Assembly (NCBI GenBank): GCA_964016885.1
Contig: OZ024750.1
Location: forward strand, 8,370,001 to 8,434,000
From: Eledone cirrhosa
Taxonomy: Eukaryota
Direction: 5' to 3'
Length of the DNA stretch: 64,000 nt
Shown here: piece after piece, positions 1-12,769 of the stretch
Layout: each line of letters begins with the position of its first letter
Numbering within the stretch: the stretch's first letter is position 1
Position numbers and translations under genes: made by a program
Notes under the pieces: generated by a model
What the model saw: only the letters and a program-made list of their open reading frames with translations
What the model was told of the DNA's origin: nothing
Database searches by the model: none

Positions 1-902
1 CTATTTCTAATCTTGATATCCTAAATCCATCTTACTGTCATCCCCAGAAACAATCATTTCAGAAATGAGATGCAACCATTATCTATGTATGTAGTTATAT
101 AGATATATAGTTATTTATATATATATATATATATATGTTTGTATGTGTGCATAGAGAAGGAGAAAAGGAGAGAGATGGAGTGAGAGCTATATATGAAAGC
201 ATATACAATATGTTTATGTATAATAAATATATATGTCTCACTATAGATATTTTAAAGTGTGATCATGTCACAGCTTCGTCAGTAAACACATGACTACATG
301 ATATATATATATAATATATAATATTTCAGGATATATTTATCAATCATTAGTTATGTTTATTCATGTGGTACTCGGGCAAATATAATGATTCAAGCTATTC
401 TGCAAGATAAATGAATATTGTATCTAAACCTTGGGACATACAACTACATATGTAGTGAATGGTAAAACTTATAATGCATGGATTGGATATATCATATATT
501 ACCCATTGAACTTGATATCAATATCACTGAGTTGTTTCATCTGTTTCCATTTATATCCATTTTCATGTGTGATGAAATAAAAGAAGATATTATGTAAATT
601 TTGAGATTTGCATATTTTTCTCTAGAGTAAATATTCTTTTATAGATAAATGCCTCTCTTTACCATTAATCATCCAGCCATATACTAGAGGAAGGGTGCCC
701 ATTGGCAGCATGCTAGTGTGAGGCTAATAGACATATTATGTGTCTTCCCTAGGGTCACAACATATTGGCTATAGAAATGTTGAATATATTGACAATACAA
801 TCAGAAATCCAAAACCTTATCATCACACTCATGTCATAAATATTGAACTGCTCCTGAGGGTGAAGAGAAATTCCAACAATATAGAATATTAAAAAAATAT
901 CA

Positions 903-910
<8 letters not shown>

Positions 911-954
<44 letters not shown>

Positions 955-1043
955 TATATAAAGATATAAATATATATATATATAAAGATATAAATATATA
1001 AATATATATATATATATAAATATATATATATATAAAGATATAA

Positions 1044-1102
<59 letters not shown>

Positions 1103-1123
1103 TATATATATATAAAGATATAA

Positions 1124-1158
<35 letters not shown>

Positions 1159-1385
1159 AAGATATAAATATATATATATATATAAAGATATAAATATATA
1201 TATATAAAGATATAAATATATATATATATATAAAGATATAAATATATATATATATATAAAGATATAAATATATATATATATATATATAAAGATATAAATA
1301 TATATATATAAAGATATAAATATATATATATATATAAATAAAGATATAAATATATATATATAATATATATATTAATATATATTAT
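911..1385. repeat. (TA)n-based minisatellite with AAAGATATAAA units
   Basis: Direct reading. Confidence 0.95.
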
Positions 1386-1386
1386 A

Positions 1387-1422
1387 TATATTAATATTGT
1401 CAATTGCATTACATAAAGTTCT

Positions 1423-1468
<46 letters not shown>

Positions 1469-1504
1469 AGAACTTTATGTAATGCAATTGACAATATTAA
1501 TATA
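1387..1504. repeat. Perfect 118-bp palindrome centred on (TA)n
   Basis: 40-bp arms TATATTAATATTGTCAATTGCATTACATAAAGTTCTACAA and its reverse complement around a TA run. Confidence 0.95.
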
Positions 1505-1764
1505 CCAAGCAAACACATTTTATCACATATATCGAAACGTATTTTCACAAATACCAGTTTTGAAACCAATCCTGATAATGCTTTAATAGAGAATGTAATT
1601 CTGTTGAAATAGGATACATTGTAGCTCACCTATCCATTGAATCTAAGAAAAATTGCATAGAAACCTGAAAAAACGAAACCCAAGCATAATTAGACCTGAA
1701 TATGAATAACAAATCTGTATAACAAATCTGTATATACAATACATATATATAATTACTTCATCTG

Positions 1765-2275
<511 letters not shown>

Positions 2276-2278
<3 letters not shown>

Positions 2279-2442
2279 ATTACAACAGGGACATAAACAG
2301 GTATTCAAGTTTCGTTGGGTTCTGGGCCCTAATTCATTCAGCCTGTCATGAGAAAAATAAAAAAAAAGATGACCGGTTGAATGAATTGGGGCCCAGAACC
2401 CAGCGAAACTTGAGTACCCGTTTATGTCACTGTTGTAATTAT
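2276..2442. repeat. 74-bp imperfect inverted repeat (7 mismatches, 19-nt A-rich loop)
   Basis: Arms 2276-2349 / 2369-2442 aligned by eye. Confidence 0.92.
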
Positions 2443-3079
2443 TTATACTAAACTCGTGTGTATATATATATATATATATATGATTAATACCTCTGCTGTA
2501 TATATATATAATTATTACATCTACTGTATATATACGATTACTACATCTGCTAGCAATTTTCTGGGTGCTTTTTGATTTATTGTGGTTGTCATTACAAAGG
2601 GATTATAAATATTTGACTGTAGAAATAAGTCATTGTGACATAATATAGTTAGGGCATTGAGCTCTTGATATAAACATTATTATAACAACCACTATCACAG
2701 CCATTATCATTATCATATGTTGTTGTTGTTTTTGTTTTTGTTTTGATTTTTTTTCCATTTTGGTAGACATTAGATAAATCTCACCTAATTCAACAATTGT
2801 TCTAAATATCTATTTATCCTGTCATCTCTTCAAGGAGCTCCAATATTCTTATGTTTTGTCAAATTCCTATTTATTCTACGAGATCTACACTCAGCCTCAA
2901 CTATTCTGGCTATTCATTTTAACTTTGCCTTTCATGCTTCTGTGCATGGTTGAATTTAGACCTTGGCTGTAGCTGTTGGGGTCCCCCACTGCAGGGGCCC
3001 CTGGGTAATTGCCCTCTTTGCAAATAATTATGGCCCCGCTTCTGGTGTCAGTAAAATAAATTACCGCTCATTGGATGTG

Positions 3080-3215
3080 CATTTTAAGTGTGAGAGAGAG
3101 GCAGAACTTTGACGGCTTGAAGGATAAGCTGGGTTTAAGAGGAATTTGAGGTAGTGTGCAGGAGAGAAAACTTCATTAGTCTGGACATGTGATGAACATT
3201 GGACAATGATCGTTG
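3080..3215 (+). mobile_element. Degraded RTE RT fragment
   Basis: Resembles LREKLGLRGI..SVQERKL.W.GHV of the 19000-19200 copy. Confidence 0.55.
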
Positions 3216-3263
3216 GGTGAAGATATTATATATTATATAGATTTTATATATTATATATCTGTG

Positions 3264-3344
<81 letters not shown>

Positions 3345-3375
3345 ATATATATAATTTGGATATTGACTATTTCAG

Positions 3376-3493
3376 AGAAAGATATGCGACGTTCAGTTGA
3401 CAGTCAAGGAAGTCAGACACCTGAACAAGATGAAAAATCAAAACATACCCGGTTAAGAGCTGACTCTTTTGGAGATATTTCCAGACAAGGAAT
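3376..3493 (+). CDS. PLCE1: PLC-epsilon exon, X-Y linker (EKDMRRSVDSQGSQTPEQDEK...)
   Basis: tttcag acceptor, gtaagt donor; phase 1 to 2 fits the next exon. Confidence 0.8.
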
Positions 3494-3906
3494 GTAAGTA
3501 TTTGAATATAAAGTCGTGTTCTATACCTATAACTCCATCATGCTACTTATGCTATTTCTTATTCAATCTCCCAACCAACAACCAGCATGTAGTTATCATT
3601 GTCTCTCTACCATTACTCCCTTTCCTACCATCGTATTTATCTCTCTACAATATCATCATATTTATATTTATATATACATACACACACACATATATATATA
3701 ATTATATATATACACACACATACGCATATATTATATATATATATATATAGAAGTAGTAACACAACAGTTGGTTCACCATACCGAGAACAATTGTCCTCGG
3801 TATGGTGAACTAACTGTTTGTTACTACTTCTACTAAACTCGTCTCATAAACTGAGTGTTCTACCACTATGGATATTACCTTCCAGTGTTCTACCTCTCTC
3901 TACCTT

Positions 3907-3959
<53 letters not shown>

Positions 3960-4297
3960 CGTTTCTGAATTTGTTTAGCAAGATTCTTTATCTGAAATCG
4001 TGTGTTGAAACCGATATTGTTATACTTTGGGGGGGTCATGTTGCCAATAAGAAACACAAGCACCAGTTGCTTTCACTTCAATTTATTATAATAAATTTAG
4101 AATAAATTTATAAATTTATAAGTTTCTGGTTGGTTGGTTGGTTCCACAACCAGATAGTTGTTTATATATTGTCATAGTTCTTTCGTCACACACTCTGTGA
4201 CCTCTTCAGTGACTGGATATTATAATAATTTGAAGTGAAAGCAACTGGTGCATGTGTTTCTTATTGGCAACATGACCCTCCCAAAGTATAACAATAT
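3960..4297. mobile_element. Penelope-like fragment with 80-bp inverted arms (4014-4093 / 4218-4297) enclosing a hammerhead motif
   Basis: Arms read directly from the sequence; flanked by (TA)n; partial third copy at ~1979-2012. Confidence 0.55.
4171..4213 (-). ncRNA. Minimal hammerhead-like motif (second family)
   Basis: GTCA-CTGAAGA-g-GTCACA[loop]TGTGAC-GAAA-GAAC-TA/TGAC; one extra nt before stem II. Confidence 0.62.
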
Positions 4298-4361
4298 ATA
4301 TATATATATATACTGGTGAAGCAATAATAACTAAATGTTGCACCCCAATACACCATATATA

Positions 4362-4461
4362 CAGGATGTACCAAAAAATGTATACACACTTCAACAGCAG
4401 TCTAATAAATATTGCCTGTACAGGTAATCAGAGTGTGTATACATTTTGGGGGGACACCCTG
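4362..4461. mobile_element. Mariner-like MITE (100 bp)
   Basis: TA/CAGGATGTACCAAAAAATGTATACACACT ... AGTGTGTATACATTTTGGGGGGACACCCTG/TA. Confidence 0.7.
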
Positions 4462-4500
4462 TATATTTATATATATATATATATATATGTGCAGATAGAA

Positions 4501-4533
<33 letters not shown>

Positions 4534-4554
4534 ATGCACACATATATATTTCAG

Positions 4555-4736
4555 ACCTCGAAGTTCATCATTTGGTGAGAAGAACCGTCCTAAAACACAA
4601 CCTGACCTTGATTGGCCAATTGAAGATGATATGCCGGAAGCAAAAGTCATATTGAAATCTAAACAGAAAAAGGACAGCCAGATTGCCAAAGAACTCTCCG
4701 ATTTAGTCGTCTACACACAAGCAGTTAAATTTAGAA
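4555..4736 (+). CDS. PLCE1: PLC-epsilon exon, linker end and Y-box start (...QIAKELSDLVVYTQAVKFR)
   Basis: tttcag / gtaaga; conserved PLC motif ELSDLVVY. Confidence 0.93.
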
Positions 4737-5308
4737 GTAAGAATTTATATATGTATATGTCTGTCACTCATCTTGTAGATTGTCTCTCTGTTGACCACTG
4801 GCCGCTAGTCTCTGTCATCTGAGGCATTTTCGGCCATCGCTGTCTTTGACAGTATTTAGATGTTTTAAGAAACAAACCAAACCATTTTAAAGCGCTCCTA
4901 TGTAAATTAATTTCATACAAGAACTGTATGTTAAGTTGCTATCTTATTAATGAAATAATTAATAATTTTAGTAAATCAATCAAAATTCTTCATTAATTAA
5001 TTGAAATAGCATGTATTTCATTAGAAATATTGTCACAAAAGGTTTAATACTGAAACCAATAATAATTGTAGTAAATTCCTCCCTCCAATTGCTTCATTAA
5101 TTAATTGAAATACAGTGTTTGACATTAGAAATATGGTAACAAAAGGATTAAAAATTGATGTAAATATTTCATATCAAAAATAATAAGACTGTTGCTATAG
5201 TTTTTGTTGTAGTTAAGTTCTAGGTTAGTCATGATCAAGCAAACCTATTAGTAGGGGCTTGCAAGCGGTTATCATCCAGTTGCTTTCTCAAGGTATCATG
5301 CACCTTAA

Positions 5309-5516
5309 CCCTTTAGCATTTAAACTGGCTGTATCTGGCCAGAATTCTCTCACCTCTTTCTGTTCAAACCAGCTGGAACTGGCCACTCATACTGATGTTA
5401 AGGTATTGTTCTTGAAATAAATAATATTGAAATCTCATAGATTCGATATTATGTGAGATAAAGCCTTTACCGCGAAAATACAATCATAAATATATAGTAA
5501 TATAAATACTAAAGGG
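5309..5516. mobile_element. piggyBac-like MITE (208 bp)
   Basis: TTAA/CCCTTTAGCATTT ... AAATACTAAAGGG/TTAA. Confidence 0.85.
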
Positions 5517-6377
5517 TTAATCATGTAATCTAATGTATTATTTATTAAAGGAGTTGGTGTGATTTGAGAGAGATTTGACTGCTCTTTCTAGCAGGTTGAG
5601 CAACTGAGTAGAAACTCCTTTATTGATTCATTTATAATGTTTGATAATCTAACCCATGCTAGCGTGGAAAATGGACATCAAACGATGACGATGATGATGA
5701 TGGGTGGTGAGGGTGGGGCAGTGTTCATGGCAATTGCAGACGGCTGCCCCACTTTGGTGAGATGGTGAGACTGATCTAGTTATTTTATTTTACATGTCTG
5801 TCGATTGATGTCAGTTGGAAAGGCATGGGTGGAGAGGGAAGTACAATTGATTGATGAAATAATTATCTAAAAACAATTTTTTTTCTCTATCATATTTATA
5901 GATGTTGTTGTTGGTGGTGGTGGTGGTGGTGGTGGTTTACTTGTTTATTTTGTAGAGGTTTATAATTTTAATAATGATGGTGATGATGATGGTGGTGGCA
6001 GTGGTGGTGATGTTGACGGTGGTGGCAGTGGTGGTGATGTTGGCAGTGGCAGCAACAGTGATGGTGGTGATGGGGGGTGGGTGGGGGCATAGTAGTGGTT
6101 ATGACAGTAGAGTGTAGGACTAAATGAATTCATCATCATCATCACTGTTTAACATCCATTTTCTATGCTTGCATGGGTTAGACTGGTCGCCCATGTCGTG
6201 AGACAAGTCTAACCAGTTGGCCAGGCCATGCCTTGCTCAGACGGAACTGTAAATTTGGCTGGGGTTTCTGCAGCCATATGCCCTTCCCAACCACATTTAG
6301 AACGTGGAATTAGAAATTTTAAATTAGTTCTGTTGTTTAACCCCTGGACAGCCCGGATGTTTATAATGATGATGATA

Positions 6378-7004
6378 TACTTTTGGCACAAGGCCAGCAA
6401 TTACCCCAGTGCATTACAGGTACTTTATTTTATTGACCCCGTAAAGATGAAAGGCAAAGTTAACCTTGGCGGGATTTGAACTCGGACCATAAAGGGGTGT
6501 AACTCTATGCTGCAAAGAATGGTGTCCGACACTCTACCAATACTGACCATACACCACAATAATAATTGTTTCTACTTTAGGCACAAGGCCAGCAATTACC
6601 CAGTGCATTACTGGTACTTTATTTTATCGACCCCGTAAGGATGAAAGGCAAAGTCAACCTCGGCGGGATTTGAACTCAGATCGTAAAGGGACGTAACTAT
6701 GCTGGAAAGCATGGCGTCCGACCCTCTACCGATACTGCCAATACACCACAATAATAATGTTGCTTTATGTGTATTGATAATGTCTATTGATTTTGATATC
6801 AATAAATAAAGATAATAATAATTGTTTCTACTTTTGGCACCAGGCCAGCAATTATCTCAGTGCATTACTGGTACTTTATTTTATCGACCCTGTAAGGATG
6901 AAAGGCAAAGTTAACCTCGGCGGGATTTGATCTCAGATCATAAAGGGCCGTAACTCTATGCTGCAAAGCATGCCGCCAGACCCTCTACCGATACTGCCAA
7001 TCCA
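6378..7004 (-). mobile_element. Three tandem copies of the dominant tRNA-derived SINE (~185 bp each)
   Basis: Minus-strand A box TGGCAGTATCGG, B box GAGTTCAAATCC, body TTGCCTTTCATCCTTACGGGGTCGATAAAATAAAGTACCAG (Nin-domain-like), (TTA)n tail. Confidence 0.9.
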
Positions 7005-7055
7005 TAATAATGATATGTTAACATCTATTCTTTCATCTCAATGAATTTTATGTTT

Positions 7056-7460
7056 AGATAGACAGATAGATAAACAGACGAATGGACAGATAGACAGATA
7101 GCCAGATGGACAGATAGACAGATGGACAGATAGATAGACAGATATACAGATGGACAGATAGATAGACAGATAGACAGATGGACAGATAGATAGACAGATA
7201 GACAGATGGACAGATAGATAGATAGACAGATAGATGGATGAATAGATGGATGGATGGATGGATGGATAAGTAGAAAGATAGAGGGATAGATAGATAGATA
7301 GACATACAGACATATGGACAGATGGACACACAGACAAATAGATAGATAGACAAATAGATAGATAGATGGATAGATGGATAAATCGATAGATAAATTGATG
7401 GATGAATGGATGCAATGATATAGATATATAGATATCTTTCTTTATATAGATAGATGAACA
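7056..7460. repeat. (GATA/GACA/GATG)n tetranucleotide repeat
   Basis: Direct reading. Confidence 0.95.
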
Positions 7461-7937
7461 AACAGCCGGCTGGACCTCACTGCGGCTGTTTCTGTCTTTA
7501 CATAGTTATTAATCAATACAACATGTATCAATGAATATTATCTTTCAAAACAAAAGTGTTTAATGTTAGACTTCTTTATTGTTACTCTTGTTTGCTTTTC
7601 ATTGTGTCTGCCCTGATTAATAGATAATTAGGTCTGCCTATAATTATGTGTGCATTTGTGTGTGTAAAATATGTATGTGTGTCAGTATGCTTGTGAGTAA
7701 GTATATACAAATATATAAAATATATATATATATATAAACGTTTGTATATGTATAATAAAGCCAAAACAATGCAGGTATGGACATAGAATAAAGAATGCAA
7801 ATGCAAAAGATATTGTTGATAATTAGTCTTTTACCTTAGATTTATTTAAATGTCCTTAGTTTTCGAGATAATATCTCTTCTTCGGAGTGAAGTAAAGCGG
7901 TTAAACCAGTGTTCTAAATAGCTTGCCAAGTCATGCT

Positions 7938-8145
7938 GACAGGAAATGGTGTAGAGTATCTGTTCTATCTCTAATGTCAAAGAGACATTAGAGATAGAAC
8001 AGATACTCTATACCATTTCCTGTCGAAACGGCTTGAGCTCAGCCGTCGGGGTCTTACTGGTTCCTATTACCCACTCTACTACCCTAAGTATTGAGTACTT
8101 TGGTGCGTTATGGTCCACCTGGTTCCTTACCACATTTCCTTCGTT
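7938..8145 (+). mobile_element. Dispersed repeat (TTACCCACTCTACTACCCTAAGTATTGAGTAC family) starting with a 41-bp hairpin and a hammerhead 3' half
   Basis: Arms 7938-7978 / 7984-8024, then GAAA-CGGCT..AGCCG-TC; related copies at ~11115-11210, ~58090-58135, 60669-60855 and ~19945-19975 (minus). Confidence 0.6.
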
Positions 8146-8168
8146 ATAGATTTATATATATACATGTG

Positions 8169-8360
8169 TAATTATTGTTTCTACTTTTGGCACAAGGCCA
8201 GCAATTACCCAGTGCATTACTGGTACTTTATTTTATCGACCCCGTAAGGATGAAAGGCAAAGTTAACCTCAGCAGGATTTGAACTTAGAATAGTAAGGGC
8301 CGTAACTCTATGCATCAAATCATGGTGTCCGACCCTCTACCGATACTACCAATCCACGGC
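8169..8360 (-). mobile_element. Dominant tRNA SINE copy
   Basis: Same consensus. Confidence 0.9.
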
Positions 8361-9291
8361 CCTAATATATATATAATTATGCTTGTATGTAAGTATATAT
8401 ATGTATATATATGAGTGTGTATGGGAGTATGGGAGTGCTTATCTATTTGTCTTTTTTCCTCGACAGTAGCACTAGATCTCCCGTTCCTCCATACTACAGT
8501 GAAACACGAGGAGCCTCCTCTTTTTAGTCCAGTCATACAATGATTCTTGTATATGTCAGCACTTTCATCTCCCTTCCTCTGCATCATGTCTTCTCTGCTC
8601 TACTATTTCAATGACCAATCATTGTTTTGTCATCTAAACATGTAGTCGAGACAAAATATGATGGATTGTTTATTTTGCCAGTAACTCAGCCCAAGTCATA
8701 TTAATCTGTCATTATTATCGTAGTTTAGAAAATAGTAATTAGAATTGATAGCTAATTAGGGGTGAGGGATACAGAGCTAATGCAAATAGCAAAAATCTAA
8801 TTTGAAAAAAATACATAGCTCAGTGATTAATGATATTATTTTAATCCTTTCAACAAGTATGGGAGGCAATTTTCAACATGTTTCAGTCTTGTTATAATTC
8901 TTCAGTGAAGCATACAATTGGAATAACATTATTCGATAGTGTGCATTTAAATGAGCCGTAACCAGCTGCTCATACTTATGTTAAGATATTGTTCTCAAAA
9001 TATATAATATCAAAATCTCATAGATTCGATGTTATGTGAGGTAAAATGTTTACCATGAAAATACAACAGTAAATATAGAGTAATGTTAATGCTAAAGGGT
9101 TCAATAATATAAAATGCAAATTAATTATAGTAGGGGGTCTTGTTACACAAGAACTTATTCTAACACTAAGAAGATGAAACAACTATAAAGAAATTCCCTA
9201 TGTATTTTATGGTAAATATTTAGTTATGCATTCCAGTTTTCTTGACTATAATTGGTTTATGATTTTTGACATTATTTTCTGAATATTGCAG

Positions 9292-9405
9292 GTTTATCAG
9301 TGAGTCCAAGTACATCTGTCAAACAAAAAAAAATATCATCAAAAAAGGGCATTCTATCTTCCAGTCACAGTGGATCTCCAGGTTCTTCAGCAAGCATGAG
9401 TACAG
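9292..9405 (+). CDS. PLCE1: PLC-epsilon exon, Ser/Lys-rich Y-box insert (SLSVSPSTSVKQKKISSKKGILSSSHSGSPGSSASMST)
   Basis: ttgcag / gtaact; 114 nt, phase 1-1, open frame at the position of the PLC-epsilon-specific Y insert. Confidence 0.8.
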
Positions 9406-9414
9406 GTAACTAAG

Positions 9415-9563
9415 AATAGTTTCTGATTTAGGCACAAGGCCAGCAATCTTGGGGGCAAGGAAAAGACGATTAAATCAACCCCTGTGCATTACTGGTGCTT
9501 TATTTTATTGAACCTCTAAGGATGAAAGGCAAAGCTAACCTCGGCAGGATTTGAACTCAGAAC
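9415..9563 (-). mobile_element. tRNA SINE, longer subfamily, directly after an exon donor
   Basis: Same body with extra GGGG...AAAGTCGATTAAATCGAC segment. Confidence 0.85.
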
Positions 9564-10729
9564 ATGATATATCTTTTCCAACACTATAATCTATATGATA
9601 AAACAATACAGCTGCCACAGGAACAAGAAGTATGACCACAGTAAAATTAACAAATATTTCATAGTTTATGGAAGAATTGGTTCTACTCTGCATCAAATGG
9701 ATTGTTTAGTAGTGGAGCAACAACATTTTAGAATTCACCTTCACCACCATGAAGAACAAGAATAATTTAAGGGCTGACACAAAGCTAAACAACAATAGCA
9801 ACATTACCAAACCAATGAAGGAGCTTCTACATGACCATGTTATCATATTGTACCCTGTTGTCTTGTAAGAGGAAACAAGCTGGATTAATGTAGTTCTAGG
9901 GATACTAAGGTTGAAAAAAGCTCAATGTAGGCTGTTCTAGAGCTAAACAACAGTGGAAATATTTATTACTAAAACCACAATAACTACAACTATCTCCATC
10001 ACTAGAATAAAAAAAGAATTTATCTGGTTGATTGATCTGCTAGAAACATTAGCTAAATTTCTATCAAATTCTCTCTACCATTTTAAATAAGAAAAAGAAC
10101 ATGTTACACAATGTAGTTTTAAATGCCCCAACAATGATGGTGTAATCATGGCGGAAATATATTTAATTATAAGTTTGAACAATTATTGTTAACCTTAGGT
10201 TGAGTTGCAGTAGCAGACATAACAGCAACACTTCCTTTAAATTCTGCTGTTAACCAGCCTAAGGGACACCTTCCTTTCCTTCTATCTTTGTAGTTCTTGA
10301 TTAATTCTACTATCTGTAAGACTAATCCAAAGTAGTTTATCAATTGTAGTCTTCTATTCCTCCTGTCTTTGAAATCCACACAATCTGAGAACAATCAGAT
10401 ATATTATTTCCTTCAATGAGATGAGATTTGCTGAAACTGTTCTCAAATAATTTTAGCTTTAATTCTTATCTTATTTTAAGCTTCCTTTCTAATGTTATTT
10501 CATTAATGACACAGCTTGTAATGAGATTTATAGTGTTGAAGTAATTATCAGTTAGTTTTCCTATGATCTACAATGTAATTAATTATTTTACTTTGCTGCA
10601 GTTTTAGTCAAAGAGCTTTTGTAGAAATAAGGAATAAAGCTTTCTTAAAGTTGTTACAGGGGTACCATCAGAATTGGTACTATATAATATGACTAGTTAG
10701 GAAACTACAGAATCTGTACACACTATTAC

Positions 10730-10950
10730 ACAAATGTACATGCACAACTGGGACTCACGGAGGAGATGACGAAGAAACATGGCAAGTGGAGATATGCTGT
10801 GCTGAAAAGGACCCGTTCTAACCCATGCATGCATGGAAAAATGGGTATAATAAATGTACATGCACAACTGAGTCCCACAGAGGAGATGATGAAGAAATGT
10901 GCCAAGTGGAAAGATGCTGTGCTGAAAATGACCTGTTCCAACCCATGCAA
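10730..10950 (+). repeat. Tandem duplication of a ~120-bp LINE 3'-end fragment
   Basis: AAATGTACATGCACAACTG...AACCCATGCA occurs twice. Confidence 0.85.
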
Positions 10951-11082
10951 GTAGTGATTTCTTTTGAATGAAACAATTCTAGTCCTGTAGAATCCATTTC
11001 TATATTAAATATGATGTTTATACCCTACTAATGTTTTGAGTACCTTACTTACTGTGGTTACCCCCAGTTGCACCCGAGACTC

Positions 11083-11117
<35 letters not shown>

Positions 11118-11303
11118 GGAAAAGATTCTTTTCCTATTACCTACTCTACTACCCTAAGTATTGAGTACTCTGGTGCATTATGGTCCACCTGGTATCTTAC
11201 CACACCCTCTTTGTTATATATGTGTATATATATATATATATATTCAGATTAATATAAGTATACTTGTATACATAAATGAATACAATTTCTTTTTAAGTTA
11301 CAG

Positions 11304-11442
11304 AGAAATCAGAACTAAACATCACTCCTGCAATGATGAGGTCTCGGCGGGGAGATTCCACACCACCTGCTTACCTTCTATCATCGATGAATGAGAACAA
11401 ATCCAAAGCATTGTGTCGGCGCTGTCCAAATGGTTTAATTAC
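11304..11442 (+). CDS. PLCE1: PLC-epsilon exon, Y box (...[24 protein letters not shown])
   Basis: ttacag acceptor; ends at U12 donor ATATCCTT; SS.NE..AK.LCRR motif. Confidence 0.9.
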
Positions 11443-11789
11443 ATATCCTTTTACTATAAATCATTGTTTGTTTGTTATATTTGGGGACGGTCATGTTGTC
11501 CTAACATTGTCAAAAACATAGTAAAACACTCAGTTTGGTTTGGTTTAGGCTTCAGTATACTTTTATATTTTTACTTGTTTGTTTTAACAATGATAAAACC
11601 ACGAAGACTATACAATAATGAGGATGATGATAGTGCTAATGGTTGTGGTGATTGTGGTGGTGGTGATAGTGATAGTGGTTTTTGTTGTTGTTGTGGTGGT
11701 GGTGGTGGTTGTCATTGTGGTGGTGGTGATGATGGAGGTGACAATGACAATGATAAAAACCATAGGTTCTATTTCCTTAATGATGTCAC
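11443..11789 (+). other. U12-type (minor spliceosome) AT-AC intron
   Basis: 5' site ATATCCTTTT, branch site TTTCCTTAAT (11772-11781), 3' AC at 11788-11789; removal gives an uninterrupted [22 protein letters not shown]. Confidence 0.92.
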
Positions 11790-11914
11790 TCATACAGAAA
11801 AACAACTAATGAGAACATATCCAGCTGGAGTAAGAATAGATTCTTCCAATTTTAACCCAATGCAGTTTTGGATATTTGGAATCCAAATGGTAGCACTTAA
11901 TTACCAAACTGAAG
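11790..11914 (+). CDS. PLCE1: PLC-epsilon exon, Y box core ([41 protein letters not shown])
   Basis: Hallmark PI-PLC Y-domain motif; gtaaga donor. Confidence 0.97.
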
Positions 11915-12769
11915 GTAAGAAGTAAATATGGAACTTTGGATCTGAAATTTCTTCTCTTTGTTATTTCAGCTGTTTTGTTAAGTGGTAAGAAACTCTCAGG
12001 AGAGCTGGACAGCAGACGGTCTTCAGAGAAGAAACCCCCTCAAGCGAGTGTTTCAGTCCTTAACTTCTTACACTCTAAGAAAGCCAAGCCATATCCAGGC
12101 CATGACGCCTGGCATTTAGCCATTCAGAAATCGGAGACTTGCTGAGTGTCTAAACCACATGGAGATTTTGTTGACAGGATCTAGCTGGAACTACTTTCCC
12201 AATAACATATCCATACAGTCAAACTGCCATCCCCCCCTCCCCAACAACCTAGCGGAACCTTGAATGCTTTTAGCAGAGCCTACTCTGTTATAAGTATTCG
12301 GCCTTGGTTTTGTTTGAGAATACTTCCTCTCACCAGTCTCAAAAGATTGAAAAGTCTCATGGACACTGCCTTTCTCTCTGACTAAACTATGGAATTTATT
12401 TTTAAAATCAACTACCGTATGTTGAAATGTGCAGTATGCTTCTTGACTTGGCAAAGGTAGAGGTCTGCTCAATCAGAGCTGATCTAGGGGCTACACAACA
12501 CTTTGAACAGCAATTTATGGACCATCTTTAGAAAACAAATACTTCACAACATCCTAATTTAAGTCTGTTTGGAACTACAGATATAAAATCTCAGAGAAAA
12601 AACATAATAGCTCGCTTTGTATCTATTTTTATTCTAACAGTTCCAAAGAGCTTATGTCTTGTAGTTAATGTGGTTTAAAATTAATCTTCAATCATAGCTA
12701 ATCTTAAGTCATTTGATTTGAAGAGTAGAGATTAGCCTTAATATAAAAACATTTTCTTTTTACCTTCAG

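Noticed and set aside
235-295. Minus-strand CTGACGA with a hairpin
   Set aside because: GAAA is absent and stem I is poor; at best a decayed remnant.
6378-7004. tRNA genes
   Set aside because: A and B boxes belong to SINE heads; no cloverleaf.
8872-8909. Minus-strand CTGAAGA...GAAACATGT
   Set aside because: Stem II does not pair and the cleavage nucleotide is missing; remnant only.
11413-11789. N-terminal part of the 170-aa ORF (GGC/D-rich)
   Set aside because: Lies in the U12 intron; only 11790-11914 is coding in that frame.
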